From positions 34,844,001 to 34,908,000 of the forward strand of contig NC_043007.1 of assembly GCF_006345805.1 (NCBI RefSeq): a DNA stretch of 64,000 nt, given 5' to 3'. The notes beneath the pieces are model-generated. The model made no database searches. It saw nothing but the letters and a program-made list of their open reading frames with translations, and was not told the DNA's origin. Positions 38,423-51,950 of the stretch are shown one piece after another. Numbering within the stretch: position 1 is the stretch's first letter; each line of letters opens with the position of its first letter. A program made the translations under genes and the position numbers. This DNA is from Octopus sinensis. Lineage: Eukaryota.

Positions 38423-38960
38423 ACTAAAGAAAATAGTCTGATAATGGGGCATGTAAGCCCTCAGCAAAAAAAAAGGTAGGTTTACCTGTATGCATGGGAT
38501 TCGAACCCACACCTCTCTGTTTACGCAACCAGGTGTGCTGATGATTACACCAGCACACCAACCTGCTTCTTTCTGTTAGATGTAAAAACTATAATTAGTT
38601 TGTAGTTGTTTCCATAAACAAACTTTCATGTGCTTTCACTGCAATGGTTTTGTTAAGCAGCATTGATTTTTTTACAATTCTGTAAATAATAATAATAGTA
38701 TTTTATAAGCTTATAGTGATCACCGCACTGTCACTAAAGAGAATGGTCTGAAAATGGGGCATGTAAGCCCTCAACAGAAAAAAGTAGGTTTTCCTGTATG
38801 TGTAGGACTCGAACCCACACCTCTCTGTTTACAGAGTGTGCTACCGATTACACCAATGCACCAACCTGCTGCTTTCCATCAGATTTTAAGAACTATAATT
38901 AGTTTGTAGTTGTTTTGTAAACATACTTTAATGTGCTTTCACTGCGATGGTTTTGTTATG
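38423..38960 (-). repeat. Tandem ~310-bp units, each with a tRNA-like cassette (38487-38559, 38795-38862) and an oligo-T terminator
   Basis: Units start at 38423 and 38733. Minus strand TGGTGTAATC...GGGTTCGA(A/G)TCC followed by T6-T9. Confidence 0.8.
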
Positions 38961-39174
38961 CTATTATTATATATACTCTTTTACTTGTTTCAGTCATTTG
39001 ACTGAGGCCATGCTGGAGCACCGCCTTTAGTCGAGCAAATTGACCCCAGGACTTATTCTTTGTAAGCCTAGTACATATATTATTGGTCTCTTTTGCCGGT
39101 AAACACACCACCATCAGTTGTCAAGCGATGTTGGGTGGGGGACAAACACAGACACACAAACATACACACACACG

Positions 39175-39220
<46 letters not shown>

Positions 39221-39492
39221 CGACAGGCTTCTTTAAGTTTCCATCTACCAAATCCACTCACAAGGCTTTGGAAGACCCAAGGCTATAGTAAAAGACACTT
39301 GCCCAAGGTGCCACACCGTAGGACTGAACATGGAACCATGTGGTTGGTAAACAAGCTACTTACCACACAGCCACTCCTACGCCTTTTTTTTTCAAGTAAG
39401 GGACCTCTTATACAATTGTTCTTAAAAGGTGAAAAACATGTAAGACACCCTTTAACAGCATAGATGACTACAAAATTACCACTTGTTGCTGA

Positions 39493-39563
39493 GTGGTGGT
39501 GGTGGTGGTGGTGGTGGTGGTGGTGGTGGTGGTGGTGGTGGTGGTGGTGGTGGTGGTGGTGGT
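39493..39563. repeat. (GGT)n microsatellite
   Basis: Seen directly. Explains the poly-Pro ORF. Confidence 0.95.
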
Positions 39564-39855
39564 GCTGATACTGAGTATGTACAACAGATGTCTTTCACTT
39601 TCCATCTATCAAACCCATTCACAAGGTATTGACTGACACAAGGACAGCGTACAAGACAACAGCCTAAGATGCCAAGCTGTGAGATTGAACTCATTACCAA
39701 ATAGCTGCAAAGCAAGCTTCTTAACTACATGACCATGTCTCACATAAGTTCAAACCCTGACAACTTCATCCTTTTAGTTCAATAAAATATATACCAGTCA
39801 TCTACTGGAGTTGGTTTAATTAATACCTTCCTTGTTTGTATATTCTAATACAGTT

Positions 39856-41036
39856 AAACTGTATACCCCTCCCAGCAAAAAGTGGTAGGAACCAGCCATT
39901 ATAAATAGAACAGCAGCCGGTCATTAAGAGAGAGTTGAGAGTCGACAGTTCTATTTGGTGTCTTTTAGAACTATCAGCGATAGTAAGACAGAAAAAGTTA
40001 GTGTATTACTATTCCAGTACAAAGAAATACAATGGTGTCCAATGACTATAACTATTGTGGCCACTAGCATAAAATAGCAACTATCGTACAATGGCAGTCA
40101 GATATCACACCAGTGGAAGGAACCCACTTTACAACAGTGGTGATGAGGAAAAACAAAAAAACATTCACACAGTGAGTTTAAACTAAATCACATTGAAAAT
40201 TTAATACCTTGACAAAAAAGAATAAAAAATCATGTGCAAAATTACGAAAATCATAAAATATAGAAGACTTGTTAGCTGGGATATTTGAGTAGCAACAACA
40301 ATAACAGCAACTCAAGAAACAATGAGAACAACAAGAATTACAGCAGCAAATGTTACAACTAGTGAAGTTGATAACCAAACTGGAGAATATATTTTTGCCT
40401 GACCATGGAGCAAATTTCATAAGCAAATTCAAATATGACCCTGAAGAAGGACTAACCTTTGAGGCTTACTTTCAAAAACTTGAACAAATTTTTGAAAAAG
40501 AATGCCAGGATTGGACTGACAAAATGAAAAGGAACCAACAAGAATAGAAATACCAATGGATAAGACACTTTTCAGGTTCCAACACTGTTACAAGAAGTCG
40601 AAACCACATCTACAAGGAAAAGGAAGAACATGGAATTCCTAAAAGAAGACTCTTAGAAGAAAAGATATTGAGTATATATGAAGAAAAAAAGGAGGAGGTG
40701 GGGTGAATAAAAGAATTGATTGTTAAATAATATAATTAAAAGGGAAGATGTATTGTGAAACTGTATATCCCTCCTGGTAAAAAGTGGTAGGAACCAGCCA
40801 TTATAAATAGAACAGTAGTCAATCGTCAAGAGAGGGTTGAGAGTTGACAGTTCTAGTCGGTGTCTTATGGGACTATCAGTGATAGTAAGACAGAAGTTAG
40901 TGTATTATTATTCCAATATGAAGAGATACAACAGTATCCCATGACTAGTACCTATATTGGCTACTAGCATAAAATAGCAGCTACATTACAACAGCAGTCA
41001 CATATCACACCAGTGGGAGGACCCCACTTTACAACA
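39856..41036 (+). mobile_element. Internally deleted Ty3/Gypsy-type LTR retrotransposon
   Basis: LTRs ~39856-40136 and 40749-41036, both ending CCACTTTACAACA. PBS TGGTGATGAGGA at 40138. gag fragment FKYDPEEGLTFEAYFQKLEQIFEKECQDWTDKMK. PPT AAAAGGGAAGA before the 3' LTR. Confidence 0.85.
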
Positions 41037-41070
41037 TATGTTTATTACAAATCATAAAAGATTATTAGTG

Positions 41071-41113
<43 letters not shown>

Positions 41114-41855
41114 TATTATTATTATTATTAAGAAGACAGCAAGCTGGCAGAACCATTAGCTCACTAGGTAAAATGCTTACTGGTATTTCATTCATCATGA
41201 TCTTCTAAGTTCAAATTCTGTCATGGTCAACTTTGACTTTCATCTCCACAGGGTCAGTAAAATATGTACCAATTGAGCACTTGGGTGGTGGGGTTGATGA
41301 AATTGCTTTATACCCACTTACTCAATATTTCAGACCCTGTACCTATAGTAGAAAGTATTGTTATTGTTAATGAAAAGGTGGCAAGCAGACAGAGCCATTA
41401 TAGTAAAAATTGGTAAACTGGCTGAATGCAAGACAAAATGCTTAGTGGCATATTGTCTGTCTTTACATTCTGAGTTCAAATCCCGCCAAAGTCAGTTTTG
41501 CCTTTCATACTCTTGGGGTTGATAACTTAAATAACCAGTTGAATACCAGGGTCAATGTAACTGACTAACCCATCCTCTAAAATTGTTGGCCCTATGCCAA
41601 AATTTGAAACCCTTATTATCATTTCTAGTGAGCTAGCAGACTTGTTAGCACACTCGGCAAAATGCTTAGTGGCATTTTGTACTGCCTTACATTCTGAGTT
41701 CAAATTTCACCGAGGTCAACTTTACCTTTCATCCTTTCAGGGTCGATAAATTAAGTACCAGATGAGTACTGGGTCGATGTAATTGACTATCCCCCTCCCT
41801 CAAATTTCAAGCCATGTGCCTACAAAAGAAAGGATCATTACTATTACTGTTATTA

Positions 41856-42247
41856 TCTCTCTATATATAAAGCTGAAGTTGTCTGTGTGTGGCAGGTTTG
41901 GTAGCTTTCAACTAACACTATCTCCTCCGAGACCATGCGGCGCAAGTTGACCAAAATTGAGATTATGATAGAAGAAGGCTTGCTCTTCCTTCCATAGAAG
42001 AAAAAATTCAAATCAGACCATGTTAACAACAAAAATTATTTACATCAAAAAGGTGCTTTTTTTCTATGAAAATCCCTATTTTTTACAATTTTTTGACTGC
42101 TGTGTCACCATTTTTCTGTGTATTTCAACCAGAAAAATGTTCACTTAAAGAGAATAACAAGCTACATAATGCAAAATGTTTACTTTTCAAAAATTCCAAT
42201 TCTAAAGGGTCGAAACAAACCCAAGCAACGCCGGGCAATACTGCTAG
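41856..42247 (+). mobile_element. Non-autonomous Helitron, family H1
   Basis: A|TC ... CCCAAGCAACGCCGGG ... CTAG|T. Confidence 0.8.
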
Positions 42248-42257
42248 TTATTGAATA

Positions 42258-42640
42258 CTAGCAGTATCGCCCGGCGTTGTTCAGGTTTGTAAGGGAAATA
42301 ACTATAAAGCATTTTTAGAGAGTTATAGCCAAAAAATAGCAAAAAAATGGGGAAAAAATGATGGTAAATTTTTTTGAGAGTTAAAAAAGGTGGAGTTGCG
42401 TCCCCTAGACGGTCTGTGGTTTGGGTTTCTGATTCTCGACCCCATGTTGAATTTATCGATTTTTTTCAGAACTGGGGGAACTTTTCAAAATTTTCGCTGC
42501 GTTAGTTTTGAATTATGACATTGGGCTATGTGTGTGTCAAGTTTCATCAGAATCGGTTGAAAGCCGTGGTCAGAGTGAGGGTACGAGAAAACAGACACAC
42601 AGAAAACGCACAGACAAACTGCCGTTTATATAGAGAGAGA
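42258..42640 (-). mobile_element. Non-autonomous Helitron, family H3 (H2-like 5' end, H1-like 3' end)
   Basis: Minus strand A|TCTCTCTCTATATAAACGGCAG ... CAACGCCGGGCGATACTGCTAG|T. Confidence 0.8.
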
Positions 42641-42757
42641 TAGATTGACTGTTTATTGAAAATTGTTCAATAAATCTGTACTTATTACATAACGTATCAC
42701 ATTCTTTTTATTGTATATTTACATGTATAAAGAGTTAATCGATCTTCATAATTTATT

Positions 42758-43110
42758 ATCTCTGCCTTAGCAAAGGTGGAGGTATTGTTTTCAGTCATGC
42801 TTGTTTGTTTGTTTGCTTGCCTCTGGACAAGATATCTCAAGAACCACTAGATGGATTCAGATGAAACTTTCAGGGATGTTTGGCCTCATAATTGGCATGA
42901 ACTGATTAGATTTGGGGATTGATCCACTACTGGACAAGGATTCTAGATTATTTTTCCTGTTCTTTTCACTTAATTTTTGAGAGCGGTCAGGTTCATTTTT
43001 TAGTATTCTCATTTGTGAGAGCAGTTGAGTTTATTTCAGATATTCTCTAATCTCTGAGAGGTTGTCAGTGTTGCCTTGGCAGAGGTTTGTGCTCTCTGAG
43101 TGTTCTTGTT
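42758..43110 (+). mobile_element. Helentron-associated/HINE-like short element
   Basis: 5' hairpin CTCTGCCTT...AAGGTGGAG, (GTTT)n, and a subterminal inverted copy GGCAGAG near the 3' end. Confidence 0.5.
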
Positions 43111-44128
43111 ATTATTATTGTTATCGTTATATCATTGAATATAGATTGACTGTTTATTGAAAATTTTTCAATAAATCTGTATTTATTTTATAACGCATCA
43201 CACTCCTTTTATTGTGTGTTTACATTCATAAAGAGTTTCATCAATCTTCATAATTTGTTATTATTAGTATCATTATTACAGTACTCAAAGGACCGAGCTG
43301 ACAGAACCATCACCACGCCAGGCAAAATACATAGCAGTATTTCACCCATCTGAGTTCAAATTCCACCGAGATCGACTTTGTCTTTTATCTTTTCGGAGTC
43401 GATAAATTAAGTACCAGTTGAGTACTGGGGGTCAATGTAATCGACTATCCCTCTCCCCCAATTTCAGGCTTTGTGCCTATAGTAGAAAGGTTTACTACAT
43501 TACCCAAGCTGTCAGTAACAATGGAGGTATTCTTAAAATATGTACATGATGATGAAAGTCGCTAATGCAAATATTAAGTTGTAAATAAAAATGCCAAAAT
43601 AACAGGAAAATTAGAAAATTTTACTTCTCACTCTTCAATATATTATGCAGGTTTGATTCCTTTCAATTTGTACAATATGTTATTGTACACTTATTTTCTA
43701 CAATAAATGTTCTAATAGATGCACATATGGATTCAAAAACTACCAAAATATTTGCATATTTACACATAGGTTCATGATCTTGCAAACAAGTTTCGAACAA
43801 TTTCTAAAAGTTTCAAGGAACAATAGATTGAGTTTATGCAAAAATTGCACATTTTCAGCATTTTTGACACATTTTGTGCAAAAGCTGCAAACGTACATAA
43901 TAAACATTATTCTTTTTTTTTTATTCTTTTATTTGTTTCAGTCATTTGACTGTGGCCATGCTGGAGCACCACCTTTAGTCGAGCAAATTGACCCCAGGAC
44001 TTATTCTTTGTAAGCCTAGTACTTATTCTATCGGTCTCTCTTGCTGAACTGCTAAGCGACGGGGACGTAAACATACCAGCATTGGTTGTCAAGCCATGTT
44101 GGGTGGGGACACACACAAACATTCACAT

Positions 44129-44164
<36 letters not shown>

Positions 44165-45849
44165 TTATACACATATATACAACGGGCTACTTTCTTTCAA
44201 TTTCCGTCTACCAAATCCACTCACAAGGCTTTGGTCGGCCCAGGGCTATAGTAGAAGACACTTATCCAAGGTGCCACACAGTGGGACTGAACCTGGAACC
44301 ATGTGGTTGGTAAGCAAGCTACTTACCACACAGCCACTCCTGCGCCTACATTATTATTCATATTCACTGAATAAGTCGCTGAAGAACAATAGATCTGTTA
44401 TAGACATGAGGAGACCTTGTCCTTCTGAAACTCTAGTCTGTAATTTTAAATCATTTCTGCTTTTTGTTCTGCTTACAACAAGAAATACTTGTATATAATA
44501 AGCAAAAAAGGGTGAAGGTGAATTCAGGATAGCTCTCATCATCATCATCATCATCATCCTTTAACGTCCGCTTTCCATGCTAGCATGGGTTGGACGATTT
44601 GACTGAGAACTGGCGAACCAGATGGCTGCGCCAGGCTCCAATCTGATCTGGCAGAGTTTCTACAGCTGGATGCCCTTCCTAACACCAACCACTCTGAGAG
44701 TGTAGTGGGTGCTTTTTACATACCACCTGCACGAGGGCCAGTCTGGCGATACTGGCAACGGCCAGACTCGAAATAGCGTTTTTTACGTGCCACCTGCACA
44801 GTAGTCAGTCCTGCGGCACTGGCAACGACCTCACTCAAATGTTTTGTTCACGTGCCATCGGCACAAGTGCCAGTAAGGTGACACTGGTAACGATCATGCT
44901 CAAATGGTGCTTTTCACATGTCCACCGGCATGGAAGCCAGACAGCTGTTCTGGCAGTGATCCTCCTTGGATGGAGCTGTTAGCACTCCACTGGCATGGAA
45001 TTTGGTTCCATTTCGATTTCACTTGCCCCAACAGGTCTTTGCAAGCAGAGTTTAATGTCCAATGAAGGGAGGTTGGCATGGGTACCAATGGTAGTAGTGG
45101 AATATATGTATAAAATCAGCGTATATACAAATATATATAGCATATGAAATATATTGGTTTCAAATTTTGGCACATGGCCAATGGTTTCAGAGGAAGGAGA
45201 TATCGATTATATCAACCCCGGTGATCAATTATATCGACCCCCCCCCCCCCCAGTGACACCAAAATAATGAAAGGAAAAGTCAACCTCGGCAGGATTTGAA
45301 CTCAGATTGTAAAGATGGATGAAATGCCACTAAGCATTTTTCCCAGCATGCTAATAATTCTGCCAGCTTGCTGTCCCAGGATATTAAACATATTGATAAC
45401 ACATAGCATATTATATGTATTGATTAGATTTACCAATGAGAAAAAGAAGAAAATTAATTTGATCTTAAGAATTTATGAATATGGCTGTGTGGGTTAGTGC
45501 AGGCATGGCTGTGTAGTAAGAAGCTTTCTGCCCAACCACATGATTCCAGGTTCAGTTCCACTGAATGGCACCTTGGGCAAGTGTCTTCTACTTTAACCAT
45601 GGGCCGGTGAAAGCCTTGTGAGTGGATTTGGATAGACAAAAACTTAAAAAAGACCATCATATATGATATATATATATATATATATATCATATATATATTA
45701 AACCAGTGTAATTGGGATGATTTCATCCCTATAAGAGGAGTACATATCCTTGCAGTGAAAAATATATGTGTGTGTGTGTGTGTATGTATATATATCTATG
45801 TGTGTGTTTGAGTTTGTTTGTCCCCTGCCCTTGACAGCCAATGTTGGTA

Positions 45850-46120
45850 TGCTTGTGCATTTGGACTGACTATCAATATTATGAAGGTTGAAGTTTTATT
45901 CCAACCAAGGGCTGGGGCAAGACAAACTCAAGACTCAAACGTGATGATAAACAACAATCCACTCAAATGGGTCATGTCCTTTAAATATCTTGGAAATACA
46001 GTAAACTTTAAGAGTACTCATGCTGGCGAAATCAGTGTTAGAATAGCTAAGGCTACAAGTGCTTTTGGAAGACTTTCCCATCGTTTGTGGGATGAAAATG
46101 ATGTCAGTCTGCAAACTAAA

Positions 46121-46125
<5 letters not shown>
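45850..46125 (+). mobile_element. RTE (BovB-like) LINE RT fragment
   Basis: ACAFGLTINIMKVEVLFQP...FKYLGNTV...EISVRIAKATSAFGRLSHRLW. Confidence 0.85.
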
Positions 46126-46155
<30 letters not shown>

Positions 46156-46299
46156 ACGCATATTCTATGAGGTCGACTTTGCTTTCCATCCTCTTGGGGT
46201 TGATAAAATAAGTACCACTTGAAAGCTGGGGGTTAATCTAATTGACTTACGCCCTCTCCTGAAACTGCTGGCTTTGTGCCAAAATTCGAAATCGTCATT

Positions 46300-46668
46300 A
46301 TTATTATCTTTTATTTTTTTAAAACTCAGGTTTTGTTGCAACTCCTGGAATCTTGCATGATTTACAAGTTTGCTATATGTAGCTTACAGTAACATGTTGT
46401 TTGTTGTCTTCAACTATCCAGTACTTGCCCGATAATTCTGGCTGTGCCAAGGAGGCAAACATTTTACAACAGCTCTGTACCAAACCATTGAAATTGTATG
46501 CAAGTTTATTGCCAAAATTACGTTTCTAGCATCCAACTTTGACTCCTATATCTTCCTCTATCATCACAGATACCCTTTTCTTTGTCTTTACTTTCATATC
46601 ATTATGCTTAATTATATCTGTGCAAATTATTCTCAGATATTTATATCCAGATTCAGGTTGAAATGCCT
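46300..46668 (-). mobile_element. Internally deleted R4/Dong fragment
   Basis: SGYKYLRII...KHNDMKVKTKK is joined almost directly to the C-terminal VCLLGTARIIGQVL. Confidence 0.65.
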
Positions 46669-46749
46669 TCATCATCATCATCATCATCATCATTATTATT
46701 ATTGTTGTTATTATTATTAATATTATTATTATTATTATTATTATTATTA

Positions 46750-46822
<73 letters not shown>

Positions 46823-46832
46823 TATTATTATT

Positions 46833-47387
46833 GAGTAAGAGAGCAGTGCATGCCATCAAAGTGACACTGGGGTAAAATATACGAAGCCCAATATACCCAT
46901 CATGACTACCTGTCTGATAAGAGTACACCAGGCAGATGCATCACAACCATATGTGCGCAACATCGTGATCTCATATCAAGATAAACAGCACATGACCTTG
47001 CAGGTGGGGCCCAGTTAGAATTTTCTTCTGGTCGAGTAGCCCATCCCGCTCAAAAGGTCCCTGAATAAGGGTTGTTTAAGGATGTTGAACGAAACACCCA
47101 TGTTTCCAAAGGTGAATTATTCAAACCCCCAAGAATTCCTCTCAACACATGGCTATGATGCTCCCCCACTACTTCTGCTCATGATCAGAGATGCACATAT
47201 CATCAGCCACTAAGGGACATGCTCAACTGGTTACGGTCAAACAACTGACAAGCAAATCTGTGGTATTGAGCAGAATATTTGCTGTAGCCCATCTTTTATA
47301 TGAAGACAAAACAATGTGCATGATAACACTTCCAATCAGTTAAGAGGAGAAGCCATGAGAGCTACTGCCTGGTACTGCATCAGGGCA
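46833..47387. mobile_element. ~555-bp non-coding element inserted in (ATT)n
   Basis: Complex sequence sharply bounded on both sides by long (ATT)n tracts (46669-46832, 47388-47460). Confidence 0.65.
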
Positions 47388-47400
47388 ATTATTATTATTA

Positions 47401-47459
<59 letters not shown>

Positions 47460-49880
47460 TTCATTATCACCTTCTTTCAATTCTCTTTCCATTTCTTGCC
47501 AAGTGTCTTCCTGACACCTAAGGCAAAGAAATGCACTGTATCTATTTGTAGGCCATTAAAATAAACATATAAGATTGTTTATTTACAAAGTTATGTGATA
47601 GAGAAAAAGAGGAAGAAAGACAGAAGGAAAAAAAATAAAGAATTAAAAAGTAAACAAACAAAATAAACGGGAAAAAAAGAAAAGAAAAATTCACAGCAAC
47701 AATGCTCTTTTCAGTACATGTGACATACCAGTTAAGGCAATCTTTTGCACTTCCTGCAGGAATGGTAAGCCAGTGATCATTCTTAAATGATTTTCAGTTC
47801 CTTGTTTGATCATTCCAAATGCTCCTACAATCACTGGTATTGTAACCGTTTGAGATGCCACATCTTTTCGATTTCAATTAGCAAATCTTCATAGTTTCTG
47901 AGTTTATCAAATTCTTTTGCCTGGTCATGGTGTATGCATATGTTAATCAATAAACAGACTTTATTGTTTTGGTCTTTCACAACAATATCTGATTTATTTT
48001 TCTTTGATAGCCCTGTCTGTACATATTAAGAAGTCCCAAAGAATAGTTACATTTTCTCCTTCAGTTACATCCTGAGGGTGGTGCATGAAACATTTGTCAG
48101 CAGTTTTGATTTTATAATACCAACACATTATCCAATGTAGATAATGGCCAATTTTGTCATGCTTTGATTTGTACTTTACAGGTGCTAAAACCTTACATCA
48201 AGAGATTAGGTGGTCCACTGTTTCAATCCCATCGTTGCAAATTCAGCACTTTGGGTCTACACCATTTTTCATCACTTTGGCTTGATAGTTCTGTGTCAAT
48301 AAGTTCTGATCTTAAGCAGCCAAGATAAAGCCTTCACTCTCTGCCTTTAGCTCTGAACTCCATAGCCACTGGCAGGTGTGCTTCTGGTCTACATTAGTTC
48401 ACTTGCAACAGGCCTCATATTTGCCATGCAGAGGTTTTTGTTCCCAACTATCTGCCAATTGTTCAAATGCATTTTCCTTTGCTATTGATTTAACCTTCTT
48501 TGCAACTACAGTTGCTGCACTTTGATCGCGCTGTTCAACCTGAGTATTATGCATAAACTCACTTGAAAATTTTTTGCTCTCCTTCATAACAGAATGAAGC
48601 TTCTTACATTTTTTATGGTTTTCAACGAGCTTTAGCATCCAGTCGTTTCAAGATATTTTGCCAGTCCATTTGTAGTGGTTTTGCAGGAGATTTCAAATCG
48701 TATCAAGCCCTGACACCCTTGTGCTCTGGGTAGGTAAAAACAATCTGCGTCAACCTTTGAGTGGCGCATCTTACGGATTTTGCTGTCACTCTTCCTTATT
48801 TCGCTCATATTCCAGTTCAACATAGTGAAACTGTAAATAACAACCGGAACTGCTAAGGAATTTTTAGCTAACACCTTGTTGCATGCATTTAACTCATATT
48901 TTAAGACTGCCCGAACTCTCCTGTAACATTCCTGCCTCATCTTCTCTTTCATGCTTGCATACTGAATGCCAGATCCCTGATTAATTCCAAGGTATTTGTA
49001 AGTTTGTTTCTGCTCGAGTTCTTTTATGACTGTCAACATCCAACACCAGTGAATGTGAGATCTTCAATTTTCCTTTCTGGAAAGTGGCCTTGGCACATTT
49101 ATCAAGACCAAATTCCATCCCAATGTCATCACTAAATGCTTTCACTGTATGTAGTATTCCTTCAAGCTCATCATCGTTTTTACCAAAGAGTTTGAAGTCA
49201 TCCATATAAAATAGATGACTTATTTTCTTGTCGCCAATTTTATGCCCAAACCCTGTTCTGTTAAGTTCATTTGTAAGGGGTATTAGAGCTATGCAAAAAA
49301 TTAAAGGTGAAAGAAATTTACTTTGTAAAATGCCATAACTGATATTAATATTTTTTGTGGTCAGTACTCCATTAGTATGTTATAACTGGAGATTTGTATT
49401 CCACACTGACATGTTGTGCTTCAGGAAGTTTGAAATCACAGGAGAAATTTTGAAGGTGTCTAGCAATTTCAAGATCCATGAATGTGGTATGTTGTCAAAG
49501 TCCTTTTTATAATCAATCCAAGTGGAACTGAGATTTCTGTATTTGTTATGACAGTTCTCAAGGATCATGAGATTAATTAAAAGTTGGTCTTTGCATCCAT
49601 ATGTGCCTCATGTGCACATTTTTTGTTCAATAGGGAAAATATCATTCTGTTCCATAAATTTATATGTTTTCTCCACGAGGATGGATGTTAAAATTTTATA
49701 CGTTGTAGATAGACATGTTATGCACCAATAGTTTTGGGAAAATTTGGTTTCATTATTCTTGGGGAGTAGGTAAGTATTACCTCTTGCTAACCAATCAAGT
49801 GTTCTCGTAGGTTCTCTCATAATTTAATTGAATAACTAGACTAACAGGAGTGATACAAGCCAGAAATTTGGTATCCTATC
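47460..49880 (-). pseudogene. R4/Dong-clade non-LTR retrotransposon (RT, CCHC and RLE domains), 5'-truncated and frameshifted
   Basis: WLARGNTYLLPK, ITCLSTTYKILTSIL, WIDYKKDFDNIPHSWI, FYMDDFKLFGK, DIGMEFGLDKCA, YKYLGI, KPLHGKY, knuckle C*IC...ETVDHLIS*C, KSDIVVKD. The 3' end abuts (AAT)n. Confidence 0.92.
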
Positions 49881-51147
49881 ATTATTCTGTCGGTCTCTTT
49901 TGCTGAACCACTAAGTTACAGGGATGTAAACACACCAACATCAGTTGTCAAGCGATGTTGGGGGGAAAAACACAGACACATAAACATATACAAAAACTAC
50001 ATATATACGACAGGCTTCTTTTAGTTTCCGTCTACCAAATACACTCACAAGGCTTTGATCAGAATGAGGCTATAGTAGAAGACACTTGCTCAAGGTGCCA
50101 CGCTGTGGGACTGAACCCGGAACCATGTGGTTCTTACCACAGCCATTCCTATGCCCCTTTACAGTTTCAGCTCAGTTCCTGTCTAAGTTACCATTGGCTT
50201 TCATCCCTTCAGGATCAATGTGATAAAATACCAGTTAAGTACTGAGATCAATGTAATCCTATTTCTTTACTACCCACAAGGGGCTAAACACAGAGAGGAC
50301 AAACAAGGACAGACAAACTGATTAAGTCGATTATATCGACCCCAATGCATAACTGGTACTTAATTTATCGACCCCGAAAGGATGAAAGGCAAAGTCGACC
50401 TCGGCGGGATTTGAACTCAGAACGTAACGGCAGATGAAATATGGCTATGCATTTTGCCCAGCATGCTAACGATTCTGCCAGCTCGCCGCCTTATAAACAA
50501 AATAAATACCAGTTGAGCACTGGGGTCGATGTAATCAACTTGTCTCTTCTCCCGAAATTGCTGGCTTTGTGCCAAAATTTGAGGGGATTATTAGTATAAG
50601 CATTAAGGCAGATATCTAGTAGAATGCTTAGCGGCATTTCGTCTGTCTTTACATTCTGAGTTTAAGTTCCACTGAGCTCAACTTAGCCTTTCATCCTTTC
50701 AGCATCAATTATATAAGTACCAGTTGCATACTGGGGGTCAATGTAATTGACTTGCCTCCTCCCCTGAAATTGCCGGCCTTGTGCCAAAATTTGAAATCCT
50801 TATTAGTATCACTATTAAAATAGTTGTAACTGTTTCAGGTTTTTAGTCTACTTCAAATGGTTTAATGAGACAGTGTTCTGCAATAACGAGATTTCTGAGT
50901 GAAATTCTAATTACCCAAAGTCTCTTAAATATTCATTAGTGTTTCACGAACGAATTTTCATTACTGAGACACACGTGACATTCTTAATTGTGAATATTGA
51001 TTAATTTATACTCTAGGATGTGATGTCTGCGCTCTATAAATACTGCACCATTTTGATTTTGTGAAAATGTTCACATTCATATGTATGTCTTTTATGTATG
51101 TATATACATACACACACACACATACATATATACATACATACATACAA

Positions 51148-51199
<52 letters not shown>

Positions 51200-51514
51200 G
51201 GATATGTATATATATACATACACACATACATACAGTACATATATGGACAACACACATGTATATGTATGTAAAGATGTGTATGTAAGTATATATGTGTGTG
51301 TGAGTATGCATATATATATATACACACATACACATACTTTTCCATTTCCCAAGCGTCAAACTAATACACTTGTTGTTCCTACACCTGTCTTCGTCTTTTG
51401 TTTTTCTATAAATTTGAACTATATATACACACACACACAGTCTTCAGTCAAATTGCCCAACCCATGCTAGCATGGAAAGCAAACGTTTAACAATGATGAT
51501 GAGGAGGAGGATGA

Positions 51515-51715
51515 TATAGTATGCGATGGGTAAATTGTTGCCACTTTATATTTTTAATTTCACATGTGCGCATTGTTTGTTTTTGATTGTGTTGACTACA
51601 CAGTATAGTAGGATCAGTTGGGCACCATCTATGAGAAAAACCGCCCCATGACGCAATTCACTCTGCCAGGAATTTGGAAATCACATGCTGTACTACTTAG
51701 AATTGCCTACAATAA
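51515..51715 (+). mobile_element. Possible Tc1/mariner 5' end fragment
   Basis: TA-TAGTATGCGATGGGTAAATT terminus-like sequence followed by an ATGACGCAATTCACT start-like segment. Confidence 0.35.
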
Positions 51716-51863
51716 AATGTGTTATTCTTGGAGATTTTAAGGTAATAAAAAAGACTTTAGTGTCTATTTCTTACAGTGTGTGGTGAAGCATAAAGCCAAC
51801 CCCTTGTTATAATTATGTGTATAATTATAAAATATTTTATATGTGTGTGTGTATGCATGTATG

Positions 51864-51950
<87 letters not shown>

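Noticed and set aside
43505-43562. 58-nt minus-strand exon candidate (tag|CGACTT...GCTTGG|gtaatg)
   Set aside because: AG/GT boundaries exist, but the pyrimidine tract is weak and the peptide is unrecognisable. Needs RNA-seq.
47190-47215. CTGATGA on the minus strand as another hammerhead (also 22418, 38538, 42544)
   Set aside because: No correctly placed GAAA with closing stems I-III.
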